A stretch of DNA of 32,000 nt from Nostoc sp. PCC 7120 = FACHB-418. GTDB taxonomy: Bacteria; Cyanobacteriota; Cyanobacteriia; Cyanobacteriales; Nostocaceae. Positions 1-8,063 of the stretch are shown here, piece by piece (positions within the stretch are counted from its first letter, which is position 1; every line of letters begins with the position of its first letter). A program made the position numbers and the translations under genes. The notes under the pieces were generated by a model, which did not search any database, was not told where the DNA came from, and saw only the letters and a program-made list of their open reading frames with translations. The stretch is from the NCBI RefSeq assembly GCF_000009705.1, contig NC_003272.1, positions 3,420,001-3,452,000 of the forward strand, written 5' to 3'.

Positions 1-393
1 CATCTGCCCATTGATACTAAAACGACTAGTCCCATCGGGCATCACACCACGTCCTTGAGTACCACGAATAGCTTGACACAGATTAGTCTTAAAGCTTAAA
101 CAATAGGCACATTGGCGACATTCTGGGGTGTAGAGAGGAATCACATGATCCCCTGGTTTGACACTGGTAACACCAGCGCCCACATCTACTACTACCCCCG
201 CACCCTCATGTCCTAAAATGGCGGGGAACAAACCTTCGGGATCATTTCCTGAAAGGGTGTAAGCATCGGTATGGCAAACGCCACTGGCTTTAACTTCAAC
301 CAATACTTCCCCAGCTTTTGGCCCCTCTAGTTGAACGGTTTCAATTGTCAACGGCTTACCCGCGCCGTAAGCTATTGCTGCTTTCACTTCCAC
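1..393 (-). CDS. frmA: S-(hydroxymethyl)glutathione dehydrogenase / class III Zn-dependent alcohol dehydrogenase, N-terminal 131 codons (gene continues past the left edge)
   Basis: Absent from the ORF track because it is open at the window edge. Reverse-strand translation from GTG (393..391) gives [98 protein letters not shown].... It carries the GVCHTD and GHEGAG zinc-ADH signatures and is nearly colinear with E. coli FrmA as I remember it. A GAGGAGGG Shine-Dalgarno lies on the same strand at 408..401. Confidence 0.85.
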   Translation of the reverse strand, partial: MEVKAAIAYGAGKPLTIETVQLEGPKAGEVLVEVKASGVCHTDAYTLSGNDPEGLFPAILGHEGAGVVVDVGAGVTSVKPGDHVIPLYTPECRQCAYCLSFKTNLCQAIRGTQGRGVMPDGTSRFSINGQM

Positions 394-413
394 GAGTTAG
401 CCCTCCTCATCAA

Positions 414-441
414 TTCAAAATTCAAAATTCAAAATTCAAAA
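414..441. repeat. Tandem heptamer array (TTCAAAA)x4, STRR-like
   Basis: Four perfect head-to-tail copies read directly, in the divergent spacer between the ADH gene and the aminotransferase gene. Confidence 0.9.
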
Positions 442-685
442 AAAGCCCTTACCTGGGAGTATCTTACCTGCAACACTGAAAAATTAAAAATGATGGGGTG
501 AGCAAGATTCTATCGAATGGTAGTTGCAGAAAATTTACATAACTTTTTTGTAAACTAACTAAAATTGCATTTTTTGCTGAGATTGGTACATTAGTTACAG
601 GCGGCAAGCCTAGAAAATGATATTGGTCTGCTGCACTAGACTCATATTTTTGTCAACCCTTCAATTATCTTTACTGTTAAAGCTT

Positions 686-1969
686 ATGAACCCTGCCCTA
701 ACTAAAATTGGCGATCAAATGTCCAACCTGACTGGTGTACGAGCGATTATGAAGGACATTATCGAAACGTTGAAGTCTGGTGGAGGGCAGGATTTAATTA
801 ATTTGAGTGCGGGGAACCCGTTGATTTTGCCAGAGGTAGAACAGTTATGGCGGGACTGCACAGCAGAACTCTTAGCAAGTCAAGAATATGGTGAAGTAGT
901 TTGTCGCTATGGTTCTAGTCAAGGCTATGCGCCATTAATTGAAGCGGTTGTGAAAGATTTTAACCGTCGCTATGGTCTGAATTTAACCGATCGCAACATC
1001 TTAATCACTCCGGGTAGTCAAACTCTGTACTTTTATGCTGCTAATGTTTTCGGCGGTTACACCAGTAGCGGCGACCTCAAGCAAATTGTTTTACCCCTGA
1101 GTCCCGATTACACTGGCTACGGTGGTATTTGTCTAGTTCCCGAAGCTTTAGTTGCTTACAAACCTTCTCTAGATATTGATGCAGCAGCACACAGCTTTAA
1201 ATATCGCCCCGATTTTAGCCAAGTGTCTATTTCCGAAAGCACCGGCTGCGTCATTTTCTCCCGCCCCTGTAACCCTACAGGCAACGTCCTCACAGATGAC
1301 GAAGTGAGAAAAATTGCCGCCCTTGCCGCACCTTATAATGTGCCAGTGCTGATTGATTCGGCTTACGCTCCCCCATTCCCGGCGTTGAACTTCACGGATA
1401 TGTCGCTGATTTTTGGGGAAAATATTCTTCATTGCACCAGCTTATCGAAAGCGGGTTTACCAGGGGAGAGAATTGGTATTGCTATCGGTAATGAAAGATT
1501 AATTCAAGTCCTAGAATCTTTCCAGACTAATGCTAGTTTACATTCCTCACGCTATGGGCAGGCGATCGCCGCTCGTGCCATTAACTCTGGTGCGTTGGCA
1601 CAAATCGCGGAACAAGTTATCCGTCCCTTCTACAAAAACAAATTCGCCATCGTCGAGAATGCCTTAGAAGCAGCCATGCCCAAAGAATTACCTTGGTTCC
1701 TCCATCGTGGTGAAGGTGCTATCTTTAGTTGGCTATGGTTACAAGATTTGCCCATCACAGATTGGGAATTATACCAAGAACTCAAAAAAGTTGGGGTAAT
1801 TGTCGTCCCTGGTAGTACATTCTTCCCTGGCTTAAAAGAAGAATGGGCGCACAAACACCAATGTGTCCGCATCAGCTTGACTGGTAGCGATACTGAAATC
1901 GCCCTTGGTATGCAGCGTCTAGCAAAAGCAGTCGAACAAATTTACCAGCGTACACCCATTAGTGCTTAA
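686..1969 (+). CDS. avtA: Valine-pyruvate (class I/II) aminotransferase, AvtA-like
   Basis: ORF 617..1969. I trimmed it to ATG 686 (MNPALTKIGDQMSNLTGVRAIMKDI...) because the 23 preceding codons are Leu/Cys-rich junk. Blocks such as SAGNPLILPE, SRPCNPTGNV, SLSKAGLPGERIG, HRGEGAIFSWLWLQDLPIT and FFPGLKEEWAHKHQCVRIS parallel E. coli AvtA as I recall it. Confidence 0.85.
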   Translation: MNPALTKIGDQMSNLTGVRAIMKDIIETLKSGGGQDLINLSAGNPLILPEVEQLWRDCTAELLASQEYGEVVCRYGSSQGYAPLIEAVVKDFNRRYGLNLTDRNILITPGSQTLYFYAANVFGGYTSSGDLKQIVLPLSPDYTGYGGICLVPEALVAYKPSLDIDAAAHSFKYRPDFSQVSISESTGCVIFSRPCNPTGNVLTDDEVRKIAALAAPYNVPVLIDSAYAPPFPALNFTDMSLIFGENILHCTSLSKAGLPGERIGIAIGNERLIQVLESFQTNASLHSSRYGQAIAARAINSGALAQIAEQVIRPFYKNKFAIVENALEAAMPKELPWFLHRGEGAIFSWLWLQDLPITDWELYQELKKVGVIVVPGSTFFPGLKEEWAHKHQCVRISLTGSDTEIALGMQRLAKAVEQIYQRTPISA

Positions 1970-1972
1970 GTA

Positions 1973-2713
1973 ATGAAGCGTAAACAAGAAAGTAAAGGGG
2001 CAGGGGAGAAGAGGCAGGGAGCAGGGGGCAGGGGGCAGGGGGAGAAGAAGCAGGGGAAGCAGGGGAGGCAGGGGAGGCAGGGGAGACAGGGAGAGAAGTC
2101 CCCAGTCCCCAGTCCCCAATCCCCAATCCCCAATCCCCAATTCACAACTCCCAATCCTGACGAATGGCTACAAATTGGTAAAATCGTTTCCGCCCAAGGC
2201 TTATCTGGGGAAGTGCGAGTCTATCCTGATTCTGACTTTCCCGAACGCTTTGAAGTGCCGGGAACCCGATGGTTATTACGTCCGGGGCAAACGGAACCAC
2301 AACCTATAGAATTGCTGCATGGTCGTTACCTGGAGAACAAAAACTTATATGTCCTCCAGTTAGCTGGCGTAGAAAATCGCAGCCAGTCGGAAGAATTACG
2401 GGGTTGTATGTTGTTTGTGCCAGCCAGCGATCGCCCAGAACTAGGCGAAGATGAATATCATGTGGTCGATTTAATCGGCATGGAAGTCTTCTTACAAGCC
2501 TCCGGGGATTTAGTAGGGGCTGTAGTTGATGTCATCCCGGCTGGTAATGATTTACTGGAAGTGAGCCTACATGAGCCAGTTACTAGCGACAAAAAACCAA
2601 AGACTGTGCTGATTCCTTTTGTCAAGGCGATCGCACCAGTAGTAGATTTACAAACCCGCCGCATCGAAATCACCCCCCCACCTGGGTTGTTGGAGTTAGG
2701 AAGCGGAGTGTGA
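1973..2713 (+). CDS. rimM: 16S rRNA processing protein RimM with a repeat-encoded low-complexity N-terminal extension
   Basis: The RimM core starts at W65 (2165): [29 protein letters not shown] ... followed by a PRC-barrel-like C-terminus. The only in-frame ATG/GTG/TTG upstream of the core is ATG 1973, 4 nt after the avtA stop. Confidence 0.8.
   Translation: MKRKQESKGAGEKRQGAGGRGQGEKKQGKQGRQGRQGRQGEKSPVPSPQSPIPNPQFTTPNPDEWLQIGKIVSAQGLSGEVRVYPDSDFPERFEVPGTRWLLRPGQTEPQPIELLHGRYLENKNLYVLQLAGVENRSQSEELRGCMLFVPASDRPELGEDEYHVVDLIGMEVFLQASGDLVGAVVDVIPAGNDLLEVSLHEPVTSDKKPKTVLIPFVKAIAPVVDLQTRRIEITPPPGLLELGSGV
1997..2140 (+). repeat. Composite STRR module, copy 1: G-rich RGCAGGGGA-type 9-mers, junction GAGAAGTCCCC, then six CCCCAGT/CCCCAAT heptamers (2099..2140)
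   Basis: Read directly. The heptamers match the classical cyanobacterial STRR1 unit CCCCA(A/G)T. The module lies inside the 5' part of the rimM ORF. Confidence 0.9.
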
Positions 2714-2828
2714 GAAGAGGCAGAGGGGCAGGGAGCAGGGGAGGCAGGGGAGGCAGGGGGAGAAGTCCCCAATCCCCAATCCCCAATCCCCAGTCCCCAA
2801 TCCCCAATCCCCAGTCCCTAGTCCCTTA
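2714..2828 (+). repeat. Composite STRR module, copy 2, same orientation: G-rich units, GAGAAGTCCCC junction, about nine CCCCAAT/CCCCAGT-type heptamers (2766..2828)
   Basis: Read directly. It begins 1 nt after the rimM stop and overlaps the last codons and the stop (2818..2820) of the convergent TetR gene. Confidence 0.9.
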
Positions 2829-3471
2829 TCTGATTACCTAAATAATTATTGAGATAACCCAACATCAATATTTTCGTTTCTGCTAACAGCAATTGCCGCT
2901 TTGCTGGAGTCTGACTGGTAGCCAGCCATAGAAGATCACTTACTACCTTCACTACTACTAAGGCGATCGCTTGGCATTTTTCTGCTTCTAGTTTGGGGTT
3001 GAGTTTAGCAAAGAAAGCAGCCAGTTCATCCACAATTCGATACTCATAGTTATCCATTGCTTCAATTGCTGAATATGTCATCAAGTTCAGTAATTGCTCA
3101 TACACAGCACGATACCCCGGATGGCTGTTCATAAAGTGATCGAACGCATCGATTACCCGATCAACATACACTGCAACAGGTAATGTCTCTGCTTCTTTGG
3201 TGTGCAGTTGGGCAAACAACTGATATTCCTGTTGAAAATATCGCACAGCTAAGGCTTTGAGAATGGATTCTTTATCCGGGAAGAACTGATACAAGGAACC
3301 AACAGGAACTTTAGCACGAGATGCGATCGCTCTTGTTGTTGTCTGCTCATATCCCATCTCAATAAATAATTCCTCGGCTGCACTCAGAATGTAATTAACT
3401 CGCTCCTGACTCCTCGCCTGCTGGGGTTGGCGGCGCATCTTGGAATTACTGGGAGAATTATTCGCTGTCAT
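2818..3471 (-). CDS. TetR/AcrR-family transcriptional regulator
   Basis: ORF 2818..3525 trimmed to ATG at 3471 (MTANNSPSNSKMRRQPQQARSQERVNYILSAAEELFIEMGYEQTTTRAIASRAKVPVGSLYQFFPDKESIL). This is a typical TetR N-terminal HTH followed by an all-helical ligand domain. Confidence 0.85.
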   Translation of the reverse strand: MTANNSPSNSKMRRQPQQARSQERVNYILSAAEELFIEMGYEQTTTRAIASRAKVPVGSLYQFFPDKESILKALAVRYFQQEYQLFAQLHTKEAETLPVAVYVDRVIDAFDHFMNSHPGYRAVYEQLLNLMTYSAIEAMDNYEYRIVDELAAFFAKLNPKLEAEKCQAIALVVVKVVSDLLWLATSQTPAKRQLLLAETKILMLGYLNNYLGNQIRD

Positions 3472-3487
3472 CAATCTAATTTCGCTC

Positions 3488-3541
3488 TTGACAAAACATG
3501 AACATTGTTCGTATATTTTAAACATGAATAATGTTCATGTT
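3488..3541. promoter_or_regulatory. Divergent control region with two related palindromic operator candidates overlapping a sigma70-like promoter
   Basis: Site 1 at 3495..3512 is AACATGAACATTGTTCGT, with the perfect core GAACA-T-TGTTC at 3500..3510. Site 2 at 3521..3541 is AACATGAATAATGTTCATGTT, a 19-bp palindrome with one mismatch. They share the unit AACATGAA-N3-TGTTC. On the + strand TTGACA (3488..3493) and TATATT (3512..3517) are spaced 18 nt apart, ahead of the Coq4-like gene. Confidence 0.5.
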
Positions 3542-3571
3542 TAATTGATTTTATTACTAGTAGCTCTTGCC

Positions 3572-4270
3572 ATGCAAACGATAAATACTCACCCAGTTCA
3601 GCCGTTAAAACTTGACTCGGAAGTGCAACGGCAGATGAATTTCCAGTTTTTGACGGCGATGAAAGCTTTTTTCACGTTACTAACAACAGAAGACAACATA
3701 GATGCGGTGGATGAACTTAGTAGCATCTTAATTCACAGCCGGGCCTTTGAATTGGCGGCGGAAAGTATGCAGACTGATCCTGAGGTAGCGCATTTGATCA
3801 AAGAGCGATATTATGCGCCAGTCCACGACGTAGAGCAGCTATTGCAATATCCGGCTGATTCTTTGGGTTATCTCTATGCCTCGACTCTCAAAGAATCTGG
3901 CTTTGAACGCATAGATCCTGAAATTATTGTCAATTCAGATACAGCTTACATTGAGCATCGCTGGCAGCAAACCCATGATATTTGGCATCTTGTTACGGGA
4001 TTCAGCGCCAGTGGTATTGACGAAATAGGATTACAAGCCTTTTATCTAGCACAATTTCGTCTACCCTTAGCCAGTATGCTAATTGCCAATGCCTTGATGA
4101 GTGCCACTTTACTCGCTCCAGAAGACTTACCGCAACTTCTCCAGACTATTGAACGAGGTTGGACAATGGGTTTGCAAGCCAAACCGTTATTCGCACAAAA
4201 GTGGGAAGAAGCTTGGGAAAAACCTTTATCCCAGTGGCGGGATGAATTAAATATTCAAGCTTTTAGTTAG
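3572..4270 (+). CDS. Coq4-family protein (ubiquinone biosynthesis protein COQ4 homolog)
   Basis: ORF 3545..4270 trimmed to ATG 3572 (MQTINTHPVQ...). It contains the Coq4 zinc-ligand signature HDxxH-x11-E as HDIWHLVTGFSASGIDE. Confidence 0.75.
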   Translation: MQTINTHPVQPLKLDSEVQRQMNFQFLTAMKAFFTLLTTEDNIDAVDELSSILIHSRAFELAAESMQTDPEVAHLIKERYYAPVHDVEQLLQYPADSLGYLYASTLKESGFERIDPEIIVNSDTAYIEHRWQQTHDIWHLVTGFSASGIDEIGLQAFYLAQFRLPLASMLIANALMSATLLAPEDLPQLLQTIERGWTMGLQAKPLFAQKWEEAWEKPLSQWRDELNIQAFS

Positions 4271-4719
4271 ATGGTAGAGCTAGTCCCGATGAAGCGAGTT
4301 TCACAGCCAAACAGGAAAGATGTCTTTTTCCTACACCCTTATACCCTTAAACCCCTACATCCCTTTCAAATCAGGAGGAAAGAAGTTTAGGATATGAGCC
4401 ATGAAAATAAGTATTCTTCCTGTATTTGGTTTCGTCTCATCCGCAATACCTATCCTTGGTTATCATTACTCATACAAACTAGGCGAGTAATATTTTCCTA
4501 CGGTAATCATCAGATACGGGAACAAGTTCGTTTTTGGCAGCTTTTTTATCGGTTGGACTTTGCCAGTCTCCTAGCGATCGCTATAGAATTAACCCAGCCA
4601 GAATATTGGGCGTAAAAACATCACGTAAACCTTTGAGTTCCCAATCCCCAAACACTTGAGAAAAATTACACATCGAGTTAAGCTTCCTTAGCGTAACTGC
4701 ATACTTGTAACACCAGTTA

Positions 4720-7134
4720 ATGACAAATCAATTCTCCCCGCAAATTCCCTCCTCTACTTGGAATCGTCCTATTGGCTTAGGTTGGGATAAACCTTATACT
4801 GTCCGCTATGCGAGTAATATTGATGATGGGCCTTGGCATGGTATGCCATTGGGCGGCTTTGGTGCTGGTTGTATTGGTCGTTCTTCGCGGGGAGACTTTA
4901 ACCTATGGCACATTGACGGTGGTGAGCATATTTTCCAAAATTTTCCCGCCTGTCAATTTAGTGTATTTGAAGCAAATGGCACTTCTTCCCAAGCTTATGC
5001 TTTGTCTACACAACCAACAGACGATGAAAGCTTGAAAAGTTGGCAATGGTATCCAGCATCTAGCGAAACACAGACAACAGGGACATATCACGCCTTGTAT
5101 CCCCGTAGTTGGTTTGTGTATGAGAATGTGTTTCAGGCAGAGTTAACTTGTGAGCAGTTTTCCCCTATCTGGGCAAATAATTATCAAGAGACTAGTTACC
5201 CTGTAGCGGTATTTGCTTGGCAAGCGCATAACCCCACGAATGCGCCCATAACACTCAGTATCATGCTGACCTGGCAAAATATGGTGGGTTGGTTTACTAA
5301 TGCCCTCAAATCTCCTGATGTGCGGGTGCGGGATGATGGTAGCCCGGTTTATGAGTATCAGCCGCGCTTAGGGGAAAGTGGGGGAAATTATAACTATTTA
5401 GATGAAAGTCCCCAACATCTGGGTTGCTTTTTGGGGCGGGTGGGGATGACTGAACCTTTACAGGAAGGTGAGGGGAGTTGGTGCATTGCAACTCTGAAAC
5501 ATTCCCAAGTTGAAGTTTTTTACCATACACGATGGAATCCTGTCGGTACGGGTGAGGAGGTATGGCAGAGTTTTGCGGCGGATGGTTCCTTAGCTAATCA
5601 TATAGATACCTCGTCAGTCACAGAAAATGAACAGTTAGGAGCTGCTATTGCTGTACGTTTCACCCTGCAACCAGGGGAAACCTTAGAAATCCCCTTTGTG
5701 GTGAGTTGGGATTTACCTGTGACAGAATTTGCTGCTGGAGTGAATTACTATCGCAGATATACAGACTTTTTTGGTAAAACTGGTGATCATGCTTGGGCGA
5801 TCGCAACTACTGCTCTAGAACAGTATAAAACTTGGCAACAACAAATCGAAAGTTGGCAAGACCCCATACTGAATCGTCCCGATTTGCCCGACTGGTTCAA
5901 AATGGCATTGTTTAATGAGCTTTATGACCTCACTAGCGGGGGGACTCTCTGGAGTGCGGCGACACCATGCGATCCCATCGGTCAATTTGCGGTGCTGGAA
6001 TGCCTAGATTACCGATGGTATGAAAGCTTAGATGTGCGCCTGTATGGTTCCTTTGGGTTGTTGCAACTGTTCCCAGAACTGGAAAAAGCAGTTATGCGGG
6101 CTTTTGCGCGGGCAATTCCCCAAGGGGATGATACCCCCCGTGTGATTGGTTATTACTACACCATTGGGGCAGAAAGTCCCATTGCTGTGCGTAAAACTCC
6201 AGGCGCAACACCCCACGATTTAGGCGCACCCAATGAACACGTCTGGGAAAAAACTAATTACACCAGCTATCAAGATTGCAATTTGTGGAAGGATTTAGGC
6301 TGTGATTTTGTCTTGCAAGTGTATCGGGATTTTCTCCTAACTGGTGCGGATGATGTGCAGTTCTTAAGGGATTGCTGGGATGCAATTGTGGAAACCCTTG
6401 ATTATGTAAAAACATTCGATTTAGATGGCGATGGGATTCCGGAAAATTCCGGTGCGCCAGACCAAACCTTTGATGATTGGCGTTTGCAAGGAGTTAGCGC
6501 CTATTGTGGTGGCTTGTGGTTGGCTGCATTGGCAGCAGCGATCGCTATCAGTGACATCTTATTACAAAATCACCAAGATTCAGCAACCAAAGAACATCTA
6601 CTTTACCAAAAATCCACCTATGAAACTTGGTTAACAAAATCCCTACCTATCTATCAAGAAAAACTCTGGAATGGTAAATATTATCGGCTAGATAGTGAAA
6701 GTGGTTCTGATGTTGTTATGGCAGATCAATTGTGTGGACAATTCTACGCCAACTTACTGGAATTACCGGACATTGTACCAAGCGATCGCGCAATTTCTGC
6801 ACTCCAAACTGTTTATGATGCTTGCTTCCTCAAGTTTTATGACGGTCAATTTGGTGCAGCCAATGGAGTACGTCCCGATGGTTCACCAGAGAACCCGAAA
6901 GCTACCCACCCCTTAGAAGTGTGGACAGGAATTAACTTTGGGTTGGCAGCATTTTTAGTACAAATGGGAATGAAAGACGAAGGTTTCAGGTTGACACAAG
7001 CAGTAGTAGAGCAAATCTATAATAATGGCTTACAATTCCGCACACCCGAAGCCATCACCGCCGCCGGTACTTTCCGCGCCAGTACCTATCTCCGCCCTAT
7101 GGCGATTTGGGCAATATATTTGATGATTGGTTAG
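4720..7134 (+). CDS. GH116 / GBA2-type non-lysosomal glucosylceramidase-like beta-glucosidase (804 aa)
   Basis: Long clean ORF. The N-terminal block MPLGGFGAGCIGRSSRGDFNLWH and C-terminal (alpha/alpha)6-type blocks (DWFKMALFNELYDL, ADQLCGQFY, EVWTGINFGLAAFL) resemble GBA2/GH116 proteins as I remember them. Confidence 0.85.
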   Translation: MTNQFSPQIPSSTWNRPIGLGWDKPYTVRYASNIDDGPWHGMPLGGFGAGCIGRSSRGDFNLWHIDGGEHIFQNFPACQFSVFEANGTSSQAYALSTQPTDDESLKSWQWYPASSETQTTGTYHALYPRSWFVYENVFQAELTCEQFSPIWANNYQETSYPVAVFAWQAHNPTNAPITLSIMLTWQNMVGWFTNALKSPDVRVRDDGSPVYEYQPRLGESGGNYNYLDESPQHLGCFLGRVGMTEPLQEGEGSWCIATLKHSQVEVFYHTRWNPVGTGEEVWQSFAADGSLANHIDTSSVTENEQLGAAIAVRFTLQPGETLEIPFVVSWDLPVTEFAAGVNYYRRYTDFFGKTGDHAWAIATTALEQYKTWQQQIESWQDPILNRPDLPDWFKMALFNELYDLTSGGTLWSAATPCDPIGQFAVLECLDYRWYESLDVRLYGSFGLLQLFPELEKAVMRAFARAIPQGDDTPRVIGYYYTIGAESPIAVRKTPGATPHDLGAPNEHVWEKTNYTSYQDCNLWKDLGCDFVLQVYRDFLLTGADDVQFLRDCWDAIVETLDYVKTFDLDGDGIPENSGAPDQTFDDWRLQGVSAYCGGLWLAALAAAIAISDILLQNHQDSATKEHLLYQKSTYETWLTKSLPIYQEKLWNGKYYRLDSESGSDVVMADQLCGQFYANLLELPDIVPSDRAISALQTVYDACFLKFYDGQFGAANGVRPDGSPENPKATHPLEVWTGINFGLAAFLVQMGMKDEGFRLTQAVVEQIYNNGLQFRTPEAITAAGTFRASTYLRPMAIWAIYLMIG

Positions 7135-7148
7135 TTGTCAGTTGTCAG
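7135..7148 (+). repeat. (TTGTCAG)x2 heptamer pair immediately after the stop codon
   Basis: Read directly. The same unit recurs after the stops of hetC, the PP2C gene and the kinase gene. Confidence 0.8.
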
Positions 7149-7280
7149 ACGTAGTAGCGCGTCTAGTCTAATGTGTTGTTATATTATTTGCTACTAGAAA
7201 TGAGGAGAGGGTTATTTTTCTCACTGCTTCCCAATTCTATGAGAATATAAAATTTTCCTTAAGTTTCTCATGGCAATAAT

Positions 7281-7322
7281 GGAAAAAACCGACCATTCTG
7301 ATGAATAAGTCCGGTTTTTTCC
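7281..7322. terminator. Bidirectional intrinsic-terminator-like hairpin
   Basis: GGAAAAAACCGAC - 15 nt loop - GTCCGGTTTTTTCC. The arms are complementary apart from one bulged G. An A-run lies on the left and a T-run on the right. It sits ~150 nt downstream of the GH116 stop. Confidence 0.6.
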
Positions 7323-7444
7323 AAAAAATATTTTTGCTTTTTCGCTTTATTTATCTATATTTCCAAGTTTTAGTACATCGGTGAGGGGTGACAACTATCT
7401 TGCCAATATTGTCGTTATTGTTAGGTTGCTATCGGAAAAAATCT

Positions 7445-7458
7445 GTAACATGAGATAC
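7445..7458 (+). promoter_or_regulatory. NtcA-binding box GTA-N8-TAC of an NtcA-activated (class II) promoter for hetC
   Basis: GTAACATGAGATAC is followed after exactly 22 nt by the -10 box TAGTAT (7481..7486). That geometry predicts a start near 7493, about 571 nt upstream of the hetC ATG. This agrees with the published NtcA-dependent hetC start as I remember it. Confidence 0.8.
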
Positions 7459-8063
7459 ACAATAGCATTTATATTTGCTTTAGTATCTCTCTCTTGGGTG
7501 GGATTCTGCCTGCAATTTAAAAACCAGTGTTAACAATTTTCGGCTTTATTTTCCGGGAGTTAAATCAACCAAGGGAAAATGTAACTAATGTTTAAATATC
7601 TTCGGATACACACAAAGTAAAACCAATTTTTACAGATGTCGATGTTGCTCACATTTTTTAGAAATATTACTAAATTAAAAATGTTATTAAATTTATGTTC
7701 ATAGAGAACCTTTTCCAAATAAAAAAATAATTTTCCTGATGTTTTAAGAAAATTACTGTTGTTATAAATTAAAGGTGATTCAACAAAATATAGATAGTTC
7801 TTTCAATAACTATCTACTTTTACCATTAAGTGAACTTACTCATGAATAATCAACAGGAATTAAAAATAAAGTTCATGAATACTGGTTAAAGATTCAGTAA
7901 AGTTTGAGGAAATACCGGAATAAATTTCCACCCAAATATGATTTTTTAAAAGATACATTGGCAGTACATTAAAATGCCGATGTTAGATAAATTTGCCTTC
8001 ATAGCTGTTATCTATTTGCTCAGAACTAAGCCAAGAGTTTACACACCAAACAGAAATTAAACT

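Noticed and set aside
1919-2154. Two minus-strand ORFs (73 and 62 aa) rich in Pro/Leu/Gly/Trp (e.g. [30 protein letters not shown]).
   Set aside because: They are simply the reverse reading of the STRR repeat module, with periodic low-complexity sequence and no start context. They also overlap the better-supported rimM frame.
2458-2772. 104-aa minus-strand ORF antisense to the rimM 3' half.
   Set aside because: It is a shadow ORF opposite a well-supported gene. It is Ser/Thr/Pro-rich, has no motifs, and its 5' end lies in repeat DNA.
4394-4615. 73-aa + strand ORF in the Coq4-GH116 spacer, plus an overlapping 29-codon ORF (4401-4490, MKISILPVFGFVSSAIPILGYHYSYKLGE).
   Set aside because: The composition is odd (W/R/F/Y-rich), I recognised no motif, and the AGGAGGAA is about 15 nt from the ATG. 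The region also contains a HIP1 site and STRR-like ACCCTTA units typical of non-coding spacers. I cannot exclude a small protein, but I cannot support one either.
6438-6443. TCCGGA (DIF1-like) motifs inside coding regions: 6438-6443 in the GH116 gene and 29674-29679 in the GT4 gene, the latter about 230 nt upstream of the Wzc-like start.
   Set aside because: The total count of four in the window is about the chance expectation. Neither site has a convincing TAnnnT -10 box at 16-19 nt spacing.
7270-7308. 12-codon mini-ORF MAIMEKTDHSDE overlapping the terminator hairpin.
   Set aside because: It is too short to evaluate, and the sequence is better explained as the left arm and loop of the 7281-7322 hairpin.
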